A stretch of 63,440 bases of DNA, filler included, from Rhabdomonas costata (GCA_019059605.1; 51 parts of 51 records of this genome joined end to end with filler, not necessarily neighbours in it); one strand, 5' to 3'; shown: positions 36,331 through 48,882, counted from the first letter of the whole stretch. Notes: generated from the letters alone by a model not told the origin. Translations and numbers: made by a program.

Positions 36331-36889
36331 AATCCAGTGCCCCGAGGGATGCCAACTCAGCGCAGTAACGGTATCTTCGTGGGCGTTGTACCGCTGCAGT
36401 AGACGCCCCATTCGAGTGTCCCACAGCAGCAAGCTGAGAGAACGAGCCAAGGGAATTGCAGAACTCCCATATAATTCCTCTGCACGTGACCAGCAAGACA
36501 CACAAAAGACAGATGATTGTCGTCGCAGTGTGAGTAAAACATTCGACTAGTCCTTCGCTTGAGTTCTTTGGGTTGGTAACGAAGGACGGCGGGTTTACGG
36601 TCACTTGTCGCTTGCTGGCTGAATAAAGGATGCATCTTCATTAACCTTCCCCCCAGCGAAGGTTAACGGCAGTCACGGTCAGAACAGCAACACGCCTATG
36701 GTCCTCACCGCAGGCAGCCAGGCTGAAGCTGTCTGGGCCGAACCCCACCGCCCGCACGGTCGCCGTGGGTTCGTAGTAGCTGGCCAGGCTGCGGTGGTCC
36801 CGCGCCGCGAAGTCCCACAGCTTCACCACGCGGTCATCCCCGCCCGACGCCCCCATCCGCCCATCCGCGCTGACACACACCGAGCGCAC
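36331..36889 (-). CDS. POC1: POC1-like centriolar WD40 protein; 2 exons
   Basis: Exons 36889-36696 and 36433-~36331 give VRSVCVSADGRMGASGGDDRVVKLWD...ACGEDHSLLLWDTRMGRLLQRYNAHEDTVTALSWHPSGHW, resembling POC1 WDVRTxRLLQHYxxHxxxVNxLSFHPSGNY. Confidence 0.7.
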
Positions 36890-39800
36890 CTGTGGGGTCG
36901 GTTCGATTTTTCCAGGAGACATGTATGTGTGCGCGCGCGAGCATGGAGTTTATAACGCGCTGGCAGAGAAGGGAGTCCTCTGGCAATCTTTGTCCTTTTG
37001 CTAATGAACTGCGAATGCGCCAGGAGTCAAATGGCCGGTGTGGCGGAACTGTCTGCACAATACAAGGGTGCTAATAAATAATTAAATAATTAAATAATTC
37101 TAAATTAAATAATTCTACTGCCCAGAGTTACGCGGGACACCTGGTACAGATTTGTGTGACGGGAGATGGGGCAAGATTTCCCAGGACAGCAATGCAGATG
37201 GCTCATGTCCAAATCTTATTCAAACCCGGGAAACTGTGCACTCGACCCTCTAAAGAAAATTTTGGATTGGGTTTAGTGGGTGNNNNNNNNNNNNNNNNNN
37301 NNNNNNNNNNNNNNNNNNNNNNNNNNTTAATTAATTAANNNNNNNNNNNNNNNNNNNNNNNNNNNNNNNNNNNNNNNNNNNNGGTTGGTGTTGCGCGGTA
37401 CATCGCGGCCAGAGCCTCAAGGTCCCCACTGGGCAACGCCCGCCCACTGGGCGCTAAGAGCAGCAGGGACTCCACCACGGCCGCAGCAGCGGAAGTTTCG
37501 GGCGTTGTGGAAGGTCCAGGTCCAGCCAAAGGCACAGGAATGAGCCCAGGCACCGTGCAAGAGGAACCCTCTTCGGTTCGCTCCTGGGGAGGACTTGGTG
37601 GCACCACCTCCACGGGCAAAAGCTGCATGCGGGCCGCTACTCGGCTCATTCTGAACGGCAACATGATGCAGGCAGGCAGGCAGCAGTTTCCGTTGTGCAG
37701 CCACGGGTTGTTATCGGGTTGAGCTTATCGAAAAGGTTCGAATCATACCTCCCTACACAACATCCTCACCACAATACAAACTGAATTGGGTATAAAGCGA
37801 TGTCAGGTCAACTGCCGTGCACAAACTGCCACGCTGTCCTCACTCAGGCGCATTGGTAAAGGCAAGTCTGGCCCCACCCCAACCACCCTGTGGTAGTTGG
37901 GTGCCAGCCGTTGCCTCAGCCGAGAGTGAAAGGCTCGCACCCCAAACGCAAACACACACACAACGCAGACACAGGGCAAGCTCAGGCACCCACACAGTCA
38001 GGCAAACACAGGACCCTCTGCGCTGAGCCTCCAAGTGTAGCTCCTCACGCACTCTGAGGGCCATCTCACGCTGGACCGGGTCCAAGCTCGGCTCCTGGGA
38101 AAGTGCACTGAGCAGCACATGGGAGCAAAGGTAGGTGTGCGGAGCGGCCAGGCAGGCCTCCTGTGAGCAGCCACACACCACACCCAAGGAAAAACCCCAC
38201 CTTCACCAGCGGCGACAGGCAAAACGAAGCGCCCACCTGGAAAATAAGGGCACCAAAGTCAAGTCCACTGCAGTCGAAAGCCATGCCTACGGCAATGAAT
38301 GCGTCTTATTTGGGTGAGAAATTCCCTGAAGAAAAGCCGTCTCCGAATTCAGCGATACAGCGAAAAATTGCTCTCTCAGTCAAGGTAACGAGTACCTCCT
38401 TTTATGGAAAATGGCGTACAAAACAGCAGCTCCCGCTGTATTGACCACCTCGAGCAGCTGCTGAGTAAGTATCTGAAGTCAGAGCCCGCACGTTTGCACT
38501 CAACCATTACATACCAACAAATACAAAANNNNNNNNNNNNNNNNNNNNNNNNNNNNNNNNNNNNNNNNNNNNTTAATTAATTAANNNNNNNNNNNNNNNN
38601 NNNNNNNNNNNNNNNNNNNNNNNNNNNNGTGGTGGGTGTGTTTGGTTTTTTGGTGGTGGTGGTGGTGGTGGTGGTGGGGGAGCGTTAAACGGTATAACGG
38701 CCCCCCAAATAGACCGGACCGTTAAAGTAATCGCATTACACCTTGAACAGCACATTTCGCACCAATGGTGCAGTTTATGCCTCACTCTCTGCATCCTCAA
38801 GCCGAGGGTTCCGTTCAAGACAAAGCAAGCCCAGGTTCACACAGCCGAATATGTATTTCCGGCAAGCGTGGCAGCAGACACCCCGTGGCCAAAAATATCA
38901 AAAGTATCAAATGTCCAAACACACTGAAAAAACACAGCAAGCGCTGGGGAAGTGTTGTGAAGGAGAATCCCTCCATCCCAGCCCTCTGCCGAAGCATCAA
39001 CCGATGAAAATGAGAAACCGTTCTCGAGAGGCCAGCTCGCCTGCAACGGCCTCCCTTGTACAAGCAAACACTGGCAGCAAACCACAACCAACAACTCACT
39101 CACTTCCACCCATAATGCCCAAAATGGCACAGGATGCCAACAAGTACGTTTGCATCAACACAGAGGGAACCCCAAAGGAACCCCATCAGACATTGCCAAC
39201 AACCCCCGTGTCAGCCACCAGAATTTGGTCGAGCCCATGCGGCTGGCAGGGTTTGCGGATTCAAATTGGGATGCCACACAACAGAAAAGAAAAAGCACGG
39301 ATAATATGATGGGGCCAACAGAAAAATCCATTTGGGGAGGGGGAAGAGGAGGAAACAGAGCGTTCGGATGAACTCACGAACGCCACGCAGCAAGCAATTG
39401 TAGGCACAAAGGCAAAAGCAAGAGTTGGGGTATCCCTGGGATACACCAACAACAAAGAAAGCGCACTACACCACATCAACAAGAAGACGACATGTAAAGC
39501 CGCCATCTGCGACACGGGTGGTCAGCATATGACGGAGCAGGACACAAGGTTGGGGGCACCCATCAATTCCCTGTGTGGCAGGATGGTAGCCGAGACGGTT
39601 CCGGAATAGAGGGAGCGTTTTCGAGACACATCAGCTTCGAAGGAATTTTGCTGGATGTTATCAATTTCATCAGGTAACGAGATCTCCCCACTGTGATCAG
39701 GGCCACCGTCAATTTCGCTCCTATTCTCTAAAAGCACTCGCATAAGAAAGAACCACACCAAACACACCCACCACNNNNNNNNNNNNNNNNNNNNNNNNNN

Positions 39801-39970
39801 NNNNNNNNNNNNNNNNNNTTAATTAATTAANNNNNNNNNNNNNNNNNNNNNNNNNNNNNNNNNNNNNNNNNNNNGGTTGTGTGTGTAAATGAACTTAAGG
39901 AGTCAAAAATGAATGTACTTCTGTTCACAGCCGATGACTGACTTCCTTCCCTCTTTGTGTGATAAAAAAG

Positions 39971-40548
39971 GTGAAGTCAGTGGAGAAGATGAACCGCCTG
40001 GTGGCACAGCTCACGGAGCCGCAGCGCGCCTCGGCAGAGGAGCAAGAGCAGACCGTAGCTCGGCTGTACGCCTTCCCCAAAGTCCAGCGCCGCGCCCAGG
40101 AGGCTCGCGAGGCCGCTGTGGAGCTCATCCGACGTGCCACAAAACCCTTGCCCAGCGCAGGTCTGCACAACCTGAGACCATACCATCCAAAGGGAACTCT
40201 AAGAGAGGGGAAGCGGAGAAAGCAGACTTATGCCGAAAGGGGTTTTGATGCACATATACCTGCCAATTCGCACAAACAGCTTCAACAAGGGCAAGAGGTT
40301 GTGCTCGCCCAGAAAGCAGAGCAATATTGGCGCACCCCTCCCTTTCGAGTCGTGCCGTGACCATTCCTATTTTCCCGCTGATAGCCTTGACTCTTCTGCT
40401 GCCGCTGTTGTTGCTGTTTGCTTCTGTTTGTGTCCTTTGGGTAGACACCCCGCTAACGGAGGTGGAGCAGCGGATGGTGGAGCACCTCTACGGGGATTCG
40501 GCGCAGGCCAGGGCAGATGCCCTGGCCCGGGCCGAGGCCAAGTACCTG
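39971..40548 (+). CDS. Hypothetical helical protein with a repeated VxRLY/VEHLY motif; 2 exons
   Basis: Exons 39971-40160 (SAEEQEQTVARLY) and 40445-40548 (LTEVEQRMVEHLY) join in phase 1 across a GT-AG intron. Confidence 0.6.
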
Positions 40549-42366
40549 GTACAACCCAATTGATGAGCCCATCCCCCATAGCGTTCACCCCCAAAATGCG
40601 CCCATGCCTTACTGCCGTAACGCGGCTGCCCTGACAACCCTTCAGAAAGGGTACCCTACTTGATGTTGACGCACGGTCGAACCAACGTGCGATGTCGCCA
40701 TTTTGCTCTGCTGTGTCTACATCTTGGGAGACGCCAGCAGCTATGCAATACATCCATCCTGCACATAAAAAAGTGTGCGGCATGACAGACGGGGTACCAG
40801 TGTTCCGAGGCAATCCGCAAACAGACGTACTTTTGCTGAAAGAAGGCGAAGTCGAAACAGTCCTGGAGTCTTTTAATGAATAGCAGGCCTCCAGGAACGC
40901 TGCGTGGCTGGTTCATTCGGCGGCCGGTTTGCATGGCATGCATACTTTTGTGACGCGCTAAGCGTACTGTTCCCCCTGAACGTTGTCCATAAGGAAAACC
41001 TGAGCCAAACAAAACCCCCANNNNNNNNNNNNNNNNNNNNNNNNNNNNNNNNNNNNNNNNNNNNTTAATTAATTAANNNNNNNNNNNNNNNNNNNNNNNN
41101 NNNNNNNNNNNNNNNNNNNNGTTGGGTGTTTCTGTTGCAGCTGCGGGGGAGGGGGGGCTCATCTCAATGTTGAACTCGATCCATTCCATTTCGTTCTAAA
41201 CGTTGTCCTTCTCTTTTCATGGTGACTTCAGTGCATGCTTCTCTCCTCGCATATCGGAATTAAGGGTGGGGGAGATGGAAGGATTAGATTTCCCTGCCCC
41301 CCTTTTCCGGGCAGCCCGATATTTTTTCCCTGCCTAAAGGAGGGTCACTGTCGGCTTGAGGTTCCTTTCCCCGCGGAGCTGCTGGAGGTGCTCAGCGCAC
41401 ATGAAGGTTCGTCACCCCCACCCTCCCGCTTCATTGTATAAAACCTCCAGAAGCCGGTAAGGAGGAAAATGAAATGAAGAGAGGAGCTTAATTTGCCTTG
41501 TTATCTTGAAATTTACAAAAGGAATATATAGGATGTGGCAACGCGTTTGTCCTTTTTTCCGGGTTTTGGTGTCTCTTTGCTTTTTTTTTATTTTGCTTTC
41601 TTGTGCCTTCAAGGGCTCTTCTTGTCTTGCTCTTTGCTCTCCCTGTCTGTTGTCGCTGTCACTGTCTCTTCACGCGATGTGCTCTTATTTTAGTCAGATG
41701 TCGCTCGTCGTCTGCTTCTTGGTTGGTTCAGGTGTCGGGGGAAAGCTCCGTAGGCGGTTGGTTGTTACAACATATTACGGGCACATATACACTCAGGGGA
41801 AGTCCTGCGGAGGATCCGCTGGGACTCCGGGGCGAGGCTGAAGGTCCAACCGCAGAGGTGTGACTTCCGACCTGTGCCCTGTATGCCCTGGAGGTTCTCC
41901 TTTCATTTGTCGATTATGCTCTTTGCCTGGCGACTTCGAAAAAATAGAAATAATAGAAATAAAAAACAGCTGAAGAGGCGGCTTCATCGCCCCCGGTCCT
42001 GCAGCGGTTCGTGCTGCAGCGATTGACATCCGCCTCATCCTCTAGGGCATGCTGTGGCCGCTGATGACTGGATGCTCCATAGCAAGGAACTGGCATGGTT
42101 GAAGTGAAAGTGAACAGGAAGGAATCCGATTTGAGGCGTATGGGCGTGTGGTTGGGTAAAGTTATGAAGAGGTGGGGAAAGGGGGGTTGGTGTACACCTC
42201 GACGTCAAGAAGAATGATTGGTTGCCCAACACACCTCACTCTCTCGGCCCCACCTCACCCACACCCNNNNNNNNNNNNNNNNNNNNNNNNNNNNNNNNNN
42301 NNNNNNNNNNTTAATTAATTAANNNNNNNNNNNNNNNNNNNNNNNNNNNNNNNNNNNNNNNNNNNN

Positions 42367-43030
42367 TGCCAAGCACGCCCTCATGCGGCGGATTGGCTTT
42401 TGGCCCCACCCAACGTCGCGCTGGACCTGCAGGTGCCTTCTCACTTTTCGAATGTTGTGCCTGCGGTGGTTGGGAGTCCCTCTGTATTCCTCCGAGCACA
42501 ATTGCCCCGGTTTTGGTCGTCTTGTGGATGTTCTAGGTGACCACTATCTTAACATGCGACTCTGCGGCCAACATCGCCGAGGCCGCCGGCTTAGTGGTGC
42601 GCCTGGGAGCCCCTCTGGAATCGTTGGTTCCGGGTGACCTTTTTGGAGAGCTTCCACCGGGGCAGCTCCCTGATGGTGGACATCTCTGTGGTGGACCCCC
42701 TGCAAGTTGCCTCTTCGTACAAGGCGCAGGAAGTGGGGGTCATTGCCCAACGCCGTGAAGAAGCGAAGGACGCTCTATATAAGCAGAAGTGCGAGCGGGC
42801 GGGCTACGGGTTCACGGCTTTGGTCAGGGAAGCTGGGCCTCAACAGCGACAAAAGTGCTGGACAAGCTCTTCCGGGTATACTCTGCTCGCAGGGGCTGTA
42901 AAATCAGGGACTGTAAGAAAGAGCTGTGGGGACGCATGTCGGTGGCCCTGATGCGAGCTGTGGGGTCGCAGTTGGTGTGGGGAGTCTTCGGTTCCCCCTC
43001 TCATAAGATTTCGAACGGGTGGAAAGGAGC
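42367..43030 (+). mobile_element. 3' part of a degenerate non-LTR retrotransposon with restriction-like endonuclease (RLE)
   Basis: Across frameshifts: PHAADWLLAPP, FRMLCLRWLGVPL, CP...DVLGDH, PGDL...LMVDISVVDP, RREEAKDALY...C..AGYGF, and LWGRMSVALMR. Confidence 0.8.
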
Positions 43031-43223
43031 GTGTGTATTGTGTGCGTTTTTTTTCTTTTCAACCTATCATCTGTAGTTTAGTTACGTACATGCACAGATT
43101 AAATTTCCTCGAAGAGACCTTCCCCGCCCACTTTCCACCAAAATCGTTCTTCTACGCGTTTTTGTTCCCCCCCTCGATCTTGCTTTCTCTTTTCCCCGTT
43201 GCTCTTCTTGCTCCTCTGAGAGA

Positions 43224-43379
43224 GCTCTGCTCCCCAAAGCTTTGGTGTTACTCCTTCATCCCACCTCTCTACTATTTTCTTGATGTTCCACGCCGCCCAT
43301 GCTACTGCTTTTCAATTTGTTTACGATGGACCTCAGCAGCTCTCCACTTGCCTTGCTCACTTGTTAACTTGATGACTTG
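43224..43379 (+). repeat. Dispersed ~155-bp repeat, copy 1
   Basis: Near-identical to 58963-59115, including a long exact core TCATCCCACCTCTCTACTATTTTCTTGATGTTCCACGCCGCCCATGCTACTGCTTTTCAATTTGTTTACGATGGACCT. Confidence 0.92.
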
Positions 43380-44892
43380 CCACGAGAGGTCACTTCTTTC
43401 AAAAAAAAACTTGTCCTTTTCTCTTCTCGGTTGATGGTCCTTGTGCTCCTTTCTACACCATTCCACCTGCTTTTGTACACAGTGCACTCTTGGGACTAAA
43501 AAAAAATCCAACNNNNNNNNNNNNNNNNNNNNNNNNNNNNNNNNNNNNNNNNNNNNTTAATTAATTAANNNNNNNNNNNNNNNNNNNNNNNNNNNNNNNN
43601 NNNNNNNNNNNNGGGGTTTGGGGGAGAATATTGCGCCAAAAGCGATCTTTTTCCGGCCATTCCGTGATTGAGCTGAAGTGAACTGTGGATTCACTGACCG
43701 GTTGTTTCTTGAAAAGGGGTGACGGTTTGAACGTTTATGATTGTTACATCTCCTCCATATTCCCCACGAAACGGTACGTTGGGAGGTCAAAGGACCGGCG
43801 GAACAAAAATATGGAAGACACCAGAAGAAAAATGATCCCAATTCAAAACAAGGAAGGGCAGTCAAAGGAGGGGGAGTGCACTACCTTCAACTTTGCTCAT
43901 TTTGCTGGATGTTAGCAAGCCAAGCAACACCAGCGAAATCCGCAAAAACGTACACAAGAACATAGTGGAGGAGCTCGTCGCACCCCCCTTTTGCAGGGGG
44001 CGGGCTGATTCGATACGAATGCACGGCTCTCGCTTTTGCTGTTTAACTCTCGCGTACTCACACGAACTCACACTGACCACAAAAACAGCCTTACTCAAGG
44101 TGCACAGTGACGGAAACAAGTGAACACAACAAGTGAAAAAACAAGAGAGGAGAAAGCAAGCGGTGATCTGAAAGTCGTCAGAAGCCAACGTAAAACTCCT
44201 CGTTTGCGTGGTCCCTTTTGTCCCCAATTGTGTCCCCATTTCTTTGATATCTACCGTTATACCTCCCAAATCTGCCAGCACATGTACAGATTGCGAACGA
44301 GACCAAATTGCACAGACGGGGGCCCCTGACATCCCATTCAGCTTACTATCGCACCCACCGGGTTTTCGGGAGAGGTGGTGCTGGTTCGTTTGCACGCCTC
44401 TGGTGATAAATGAGAGGCAGAAGCCTAGAAAGAACCATCTCCAATAATGTGTCCGATTCAGACGTTAATCACCTAGTACCCGCTCCAAACCCACTACCCG
44501 CTCCAGCCGCGCCGCGGACTGGACTACGCACCTTAAATAATATTGTTCCTTCTGTCTGTCAAAGCCCAGCAATGACAATTCAGAAGCCTAAAACGTTTAG
44601 CTGTGTGAAACGCCCCACCCCCCCAAAAAATACTATTGTCCCACAAAATCACAATGAAGAAGGCAAAACCTGCAAAAGACAGAACCTCCCGGCCCGACAT
44701 CCACTGTGGTGAGCAGGTGCAGGTCCGTGCACCTAGGAATCTATGCAGTCTCTCCACANNNNNNNNNNNNNNNNNNNNNNNNNNNNNNNNNNNNNNNNNN
44801 NNTTAATTAATTAANNNNNNNNNNNNNNNNNNNNNNNNNNNNNNNNNNNNNNNNNNNNTGTGGTGGGTGTGTGTGGTTTTTGTGTGTCCCTC

Positions 44893-44917
44893 CTCTCTCT
44901 CTCTCTCTCTCTCTCTC
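44893..44917 (+). repeat. (CT)n microsatellite
   Basis: About 12 CT units. Confidence 0.9.
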
Positions 44918-46245
44918 GTTCTCTCCTACCCTTTTTCTGAGGTTTTCTGCTGAAGATTGCCCCTGTGGGGAAATTGCTCTGCACTGCATCCTGTCCCGGA
45001 AGGAATGATTGAACTGAAGGATGGTGCAATGAATTTCCTTTTGAATGCGACAACACCCCAAAAAAAAACCGTGTTGTCTGCTTCAGCAATCGGTGCTTCG
45101 CCTCACCCTTTTGCCTGCATAGATCTTTCGTTTCTACTTTTGGTGTAAATCACCTCTCTTCTCCTGTCGTCCAAGTTGTGAACATTGCTGTGAATGGACT
45201 TTTGAATGGTGCAGGCATCCTCAAGAATAAGCAATGCGAAGGACTGGGGAATGCAGGACGAAAGCTGCTTGTGTTAAAATATTTATTGGGCCTCACTGAC
45301 CTACTTTTCTACCGCTGCTGCTTTGTTGTTGTGGCGTTGGTTCTGACACACACACACACATGCGCATACAAATCACCTAATCACCTGCTGCCACATTTGG
45401 GGCGCTGCTGATGTTGACCTTGAATTCCTCTTTTTTTTTCCAGGCTGGCAAGACCGAAAACGCTCCCGGAGCCCCAAAACAGCATAAAATGGCAAATAAA
45501 ATGGCATATAGGGCAGCTACGAAAAACCGAAGCATTCCGGCGCACTCCGGTGCCAGCGTGAGGCTTCACCCTTCCTTTAGTCCAAGCTGGTCCATCCGAA
45601 AGCTTAGCCGAAAATGCAGAAGTCAAAAAATGGCTTTTAAAGGTCCAAAGTGGACCCTTCAGGATGTCACGAGTGCCTGTAGAGATGGAGCCCAGCCTCC
45701 AGCTGCCAGTAAACTCACTCAGGAGTGCCACTTTCCCACCAAGTGTGGGCCTCAACTGGCCAGTCTAGCTCAAGTTCTGGTACCCCGTCCTAGGTCCTCC
45801 CGTCCGGCTCCCGTCCGGCTCCTACTTGTTTCGCCGGGGGTCCGTGTCGGAAGTCAACCAGATTTGAGCCGAAATAAATGGTCCTACCCCCCCCATTTTC
45901 GGGGTGACACCAGACGATTGGTGCAGGTCAGGCGAAAGCCTACAGAGAAGAATACATGAATATATGAATGAATGCATGGGTGCTACTGGAAGACCCCCCC
46001 CACNNNNNNNNNNNNNNNNNNNNNNNNNNNNNNNNNNNNNNNNNNNNTTAATTAATTAANNNNNNNNNNNNNNNNNNNNNNNNNNNNNNNNNNNNNNNNN
46101 NNNGTGGTGGTGTGCTGCGGCAGCCTGCGTGAATGTAAATGTCGGGCTTTTTTGCCTCGCGAGGAGAAGGGGGGAGGCGCCTTTTGGTCTGTTTAGGTGT
46201 GCACCATCTAGACGGTCATTTCTACGCACCTCATCTGTGTTTCAG

Positions 46246-46626
46246 TCTGAGCACCCATCTGGATCATTTGGGAAGCACCGACGTGTTGTCGGTGTTCCTG
46301 CGATCGGTTTTTGGCGCCTCCTCGCCCTACACCATTTCCGACATGGCGCTGGATGCGGCGGCGCTTCTGGACCACCTTGGCGTGCCGCAGGCCCACCTGT
46401 GCGGGTTCAGCATGGGGGGGCTGATCGTGCAGCAGATGGCGGTGAGCTTCCCGGAACGGGTGCTGTCGCTGACCACGGTGTCCTCGCCGGCGGGGCTGAG
46501 CGAGTGCAGTCTTCGGGGCCAGATGGCTGTGGTGAAGCTGAGCTCGCAGCCTCCCGCGAAGGACATCCAGCGGACGGTGAAGCTGGTGAAGAGCGTGTCC
46601 ACTCGGAAGTTCTTTGACGCGCAGAA
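46246..46626 (+). CDS. Alpha/beta hydrolase (GxSMGG, bacterial-like) exon
   Basis: LSTHLD...PYTISDMALDAAALLDHLGVPQAHLCGFSMGGLIVQQMAVSFPERVLSLT; TTTCAG acceptor and GTACGC donor. Confidence 0.9.
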
Positions 46627-47097
46627 GTACGCCTGGTCACCTCGTGTTGTGTTTTTATCTTGTGAATCAGGGAAATCTTTTGGAAAGTTGGAATTGGGAT
46701 TGTGAGGTGTTTTGTTTTTGCTAAGGGTGCACATTTAGTGTTGCTGGAAAAGTGGGGGCTGTTGTATTGGGGGGTGGGGCGTTAAACGTGTTAAACTTGT
46801 TAAACAATATCCGAATGTCCGAAACGTATAACACCGTTGACCTTTTAACGCCCCCCCCCCCCGCAAAAAAAATACAATTGGTCTGAAAGGTGACCTCCGC
46901 TCGGGATTCATCACAGCGTGGGCAAAGCTGAGAAAAAAGTTCGGTGTGAATCCGGTGAAAAACTGCGCGGTGCAAAGATTTACGTTTGACTCAGAGAAGA
47001 GGTGGAAAAGCACCACCAAGCTCCCACAAGCCTGGGAGGCAGGAGCCATGTGCTGTATCTTTTCCCGGGGCTTGCAGGGATGCACTGCAGCAGTCGC

Positions 47098-47241
47098 GGT
47101 CTGCACAAAGTGTGCACAGAACAAAGTTCCATCCTCTTAAATCGCAGAGACGTACCATGCGCGCAAACATGCTTGCGCGCATGGTACGTCTCTGCGATTT
47201 AAGAGGATGGAACTTTGTTCTGTGCACACTTTGTGCAGACC
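47098..47241. repeat. Terminal fold-back palindrome (69-bp arms, 6-nt loop)
   Basis: 47098-47166 is the exact reverse complement of 47173-47241, at the contig end. Confidence 0.88.
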
Positions 47242-47349
47242 CCAACAACNNNNNNNNNNNNNNNNNNNNNNNNNNNNNNNNNNNNNNNNNNNNTTAATTA
47301 ATTAANNNNNNNNNNNNNNNNNNNNNNNNNNNNNNNNNNNNNNNNNNNN

Positions 47350-47700
47350 TTGTGTGGGTGAGTTCTCCCCGTAAATCGCCAGCTGCTGCGTGGCGGCAAC
47401 AAGTTGGCCCAGCAACCCAACCACCTTTTGCTCCACAAGGGTGCTGGCCAACTGGCGGTAGCTGGCACCCACGCTGTCGACGGCCTGCTCCCCCCGCACC
47501 TTGGTCAGCATGAAGGTTAGCACCCCCACCGCCACCAGGGAGACCATCGACAACGCCACCAGCAGGGCCCACAACGGGAGCTGCACCCTTGGTCGGGGCT
47601 GTGAGGTGAGCTCCGTGGATGTGAGCGGAAGCTGGGAGACGTACAGCTCATCCGCTGAGTTGGCTTCGGGAGAGAAGTTATGAAAGAAAGTCGATTCCAT
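47350..47700 (-). CDS. N-terminus of a membrane sensor: TM helix plus long amphipathic helix, Cache-sensor-like
   Basis: ATG at 47700; LPLWALLVALSMVSLVAVGVLTFMLTKVRGEQAVDSVGASYRQLASTLVEQKV resembles the TM1-GQxAVxxLAxQL start of Cache-domain cyclases and kinases. Confidence 0.55.
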
Positions 47701-48370
47701 TTTTGCAGCACGGCACCAAAAAAGTACTTTTCTGGTCACACAACGAACAGCAGAGCACTGCCTTGGTCTCCATGTTATCCTTCCATCCCGCGACCTGACC
47801 GCGCATGATTCAGTACTCTTCGATCTTTGTACAACTTAATCAGTGTGTCTTTTCTCTTCTAGAGATAGCCAAAAAGTTGGACAATCTGTAAGATGGCTGC
47901 GCAGGTTCGTTGTTTTAATGCGCACGTTCGTTGTTTTAAAGATTTCCTTTCTGTATCATGGGCGCTGAGCAGCGCGCAGATGCAATCACCTGTTTTGTTC
48001 AACTAAAATGCAGGGTGTCAAGAAGCCGCTACCGTACAACAACCACTAGCCAGGCTGGGAATGAACTTGAAACAGTGCGGCCATTGCAGCCAAGCGATCA
48101 GCAGTAAGAGCAGAAAAAAAACGAAATACTTCCCACATGGCGACCACCCCAAACAACCCTCTTCGATACAGTGCTGCCGCTAAAGACTTGAGCAGTTTAA
48201 CGCAGTACATCACCGCTTTCGGTCGCGTAGGGCCGAGAAGGTTCGGCGATTCCGCGTTGCGGTGGACATCATTACAGAATTCTTTCAAGCACCAGGTCCT
48301 ATCGAGCAATCAGCCGGGCTAGACCTTACAGAGCTGCTGCTCATGCCAGTGGGCTTTGAGCGGGCGGGGC

Positions 48371-48489
48371 GGGTAGCGCGGTGTTTGCGGTGTTTGTTTG
48401 TTTGAAAGCGGAGCGTCCGGTTAAGGCCGTTCTTGCTTATCGGACGCTCCGCTTTTAAACAAACAAACACCGCAAACACCGCGCTACCC
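48371..48489. repeat. Terminal fold-back inverted repeat (49-bp arms, 1 mismatch)
   Basis: 48371-48419 versus 48441-48489, at the contig end. Confidence 0.85.
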
Positions 48490-48882
48490 ACACACNNNNN
48501 NNNNNNNNNNNNNNNNNNNNNNNNNNNNNNNNNNNNNNNTTAATTAATTAANNNNNNNNNNNNNNNNNNNNNNNNNNNNNNNNNNNNNNNNNNNNGACAA
48601 CATTGGTCACTCTGGGCATATGTAAACGCTTTTGGGGGCTGAAGGGGCCAAAGAAAGAAGTAACTCTCATCTACAACCCAGGCGAGTGGGGTTGAGATGC
48701 CTTCGAAACTACGGAGTGGTCTCGAGGGTGGGCTCAAGGAGTTGTGGCGATGAAGCCAAGAGAAAGTCAGTTACTCAGTGATAGGACTTTTCAGGTCAAA
48801 GCTTGGTGAATTTTTTGCGGAGTATGGAGTGTGGAGTATGCGAGAGTGTGTTTGTATGTGTTTGTATGTTCGGCACAAATAG

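Noticed and set aside
37073-37115. AT-rich TAAATAAT short tandem run as a regulatory element
   Set aside because: Simple low-complexity intronic or intergenic sequence.
38629-39774. Contig bounded by perfect 17-bp inverted repeats as a TIR transposon
   Set aside because: The same 17-mer starts an unrelated contig at 23679, sits exactly at contig ends and resembles an amplification primer. No transposase was seen inside.
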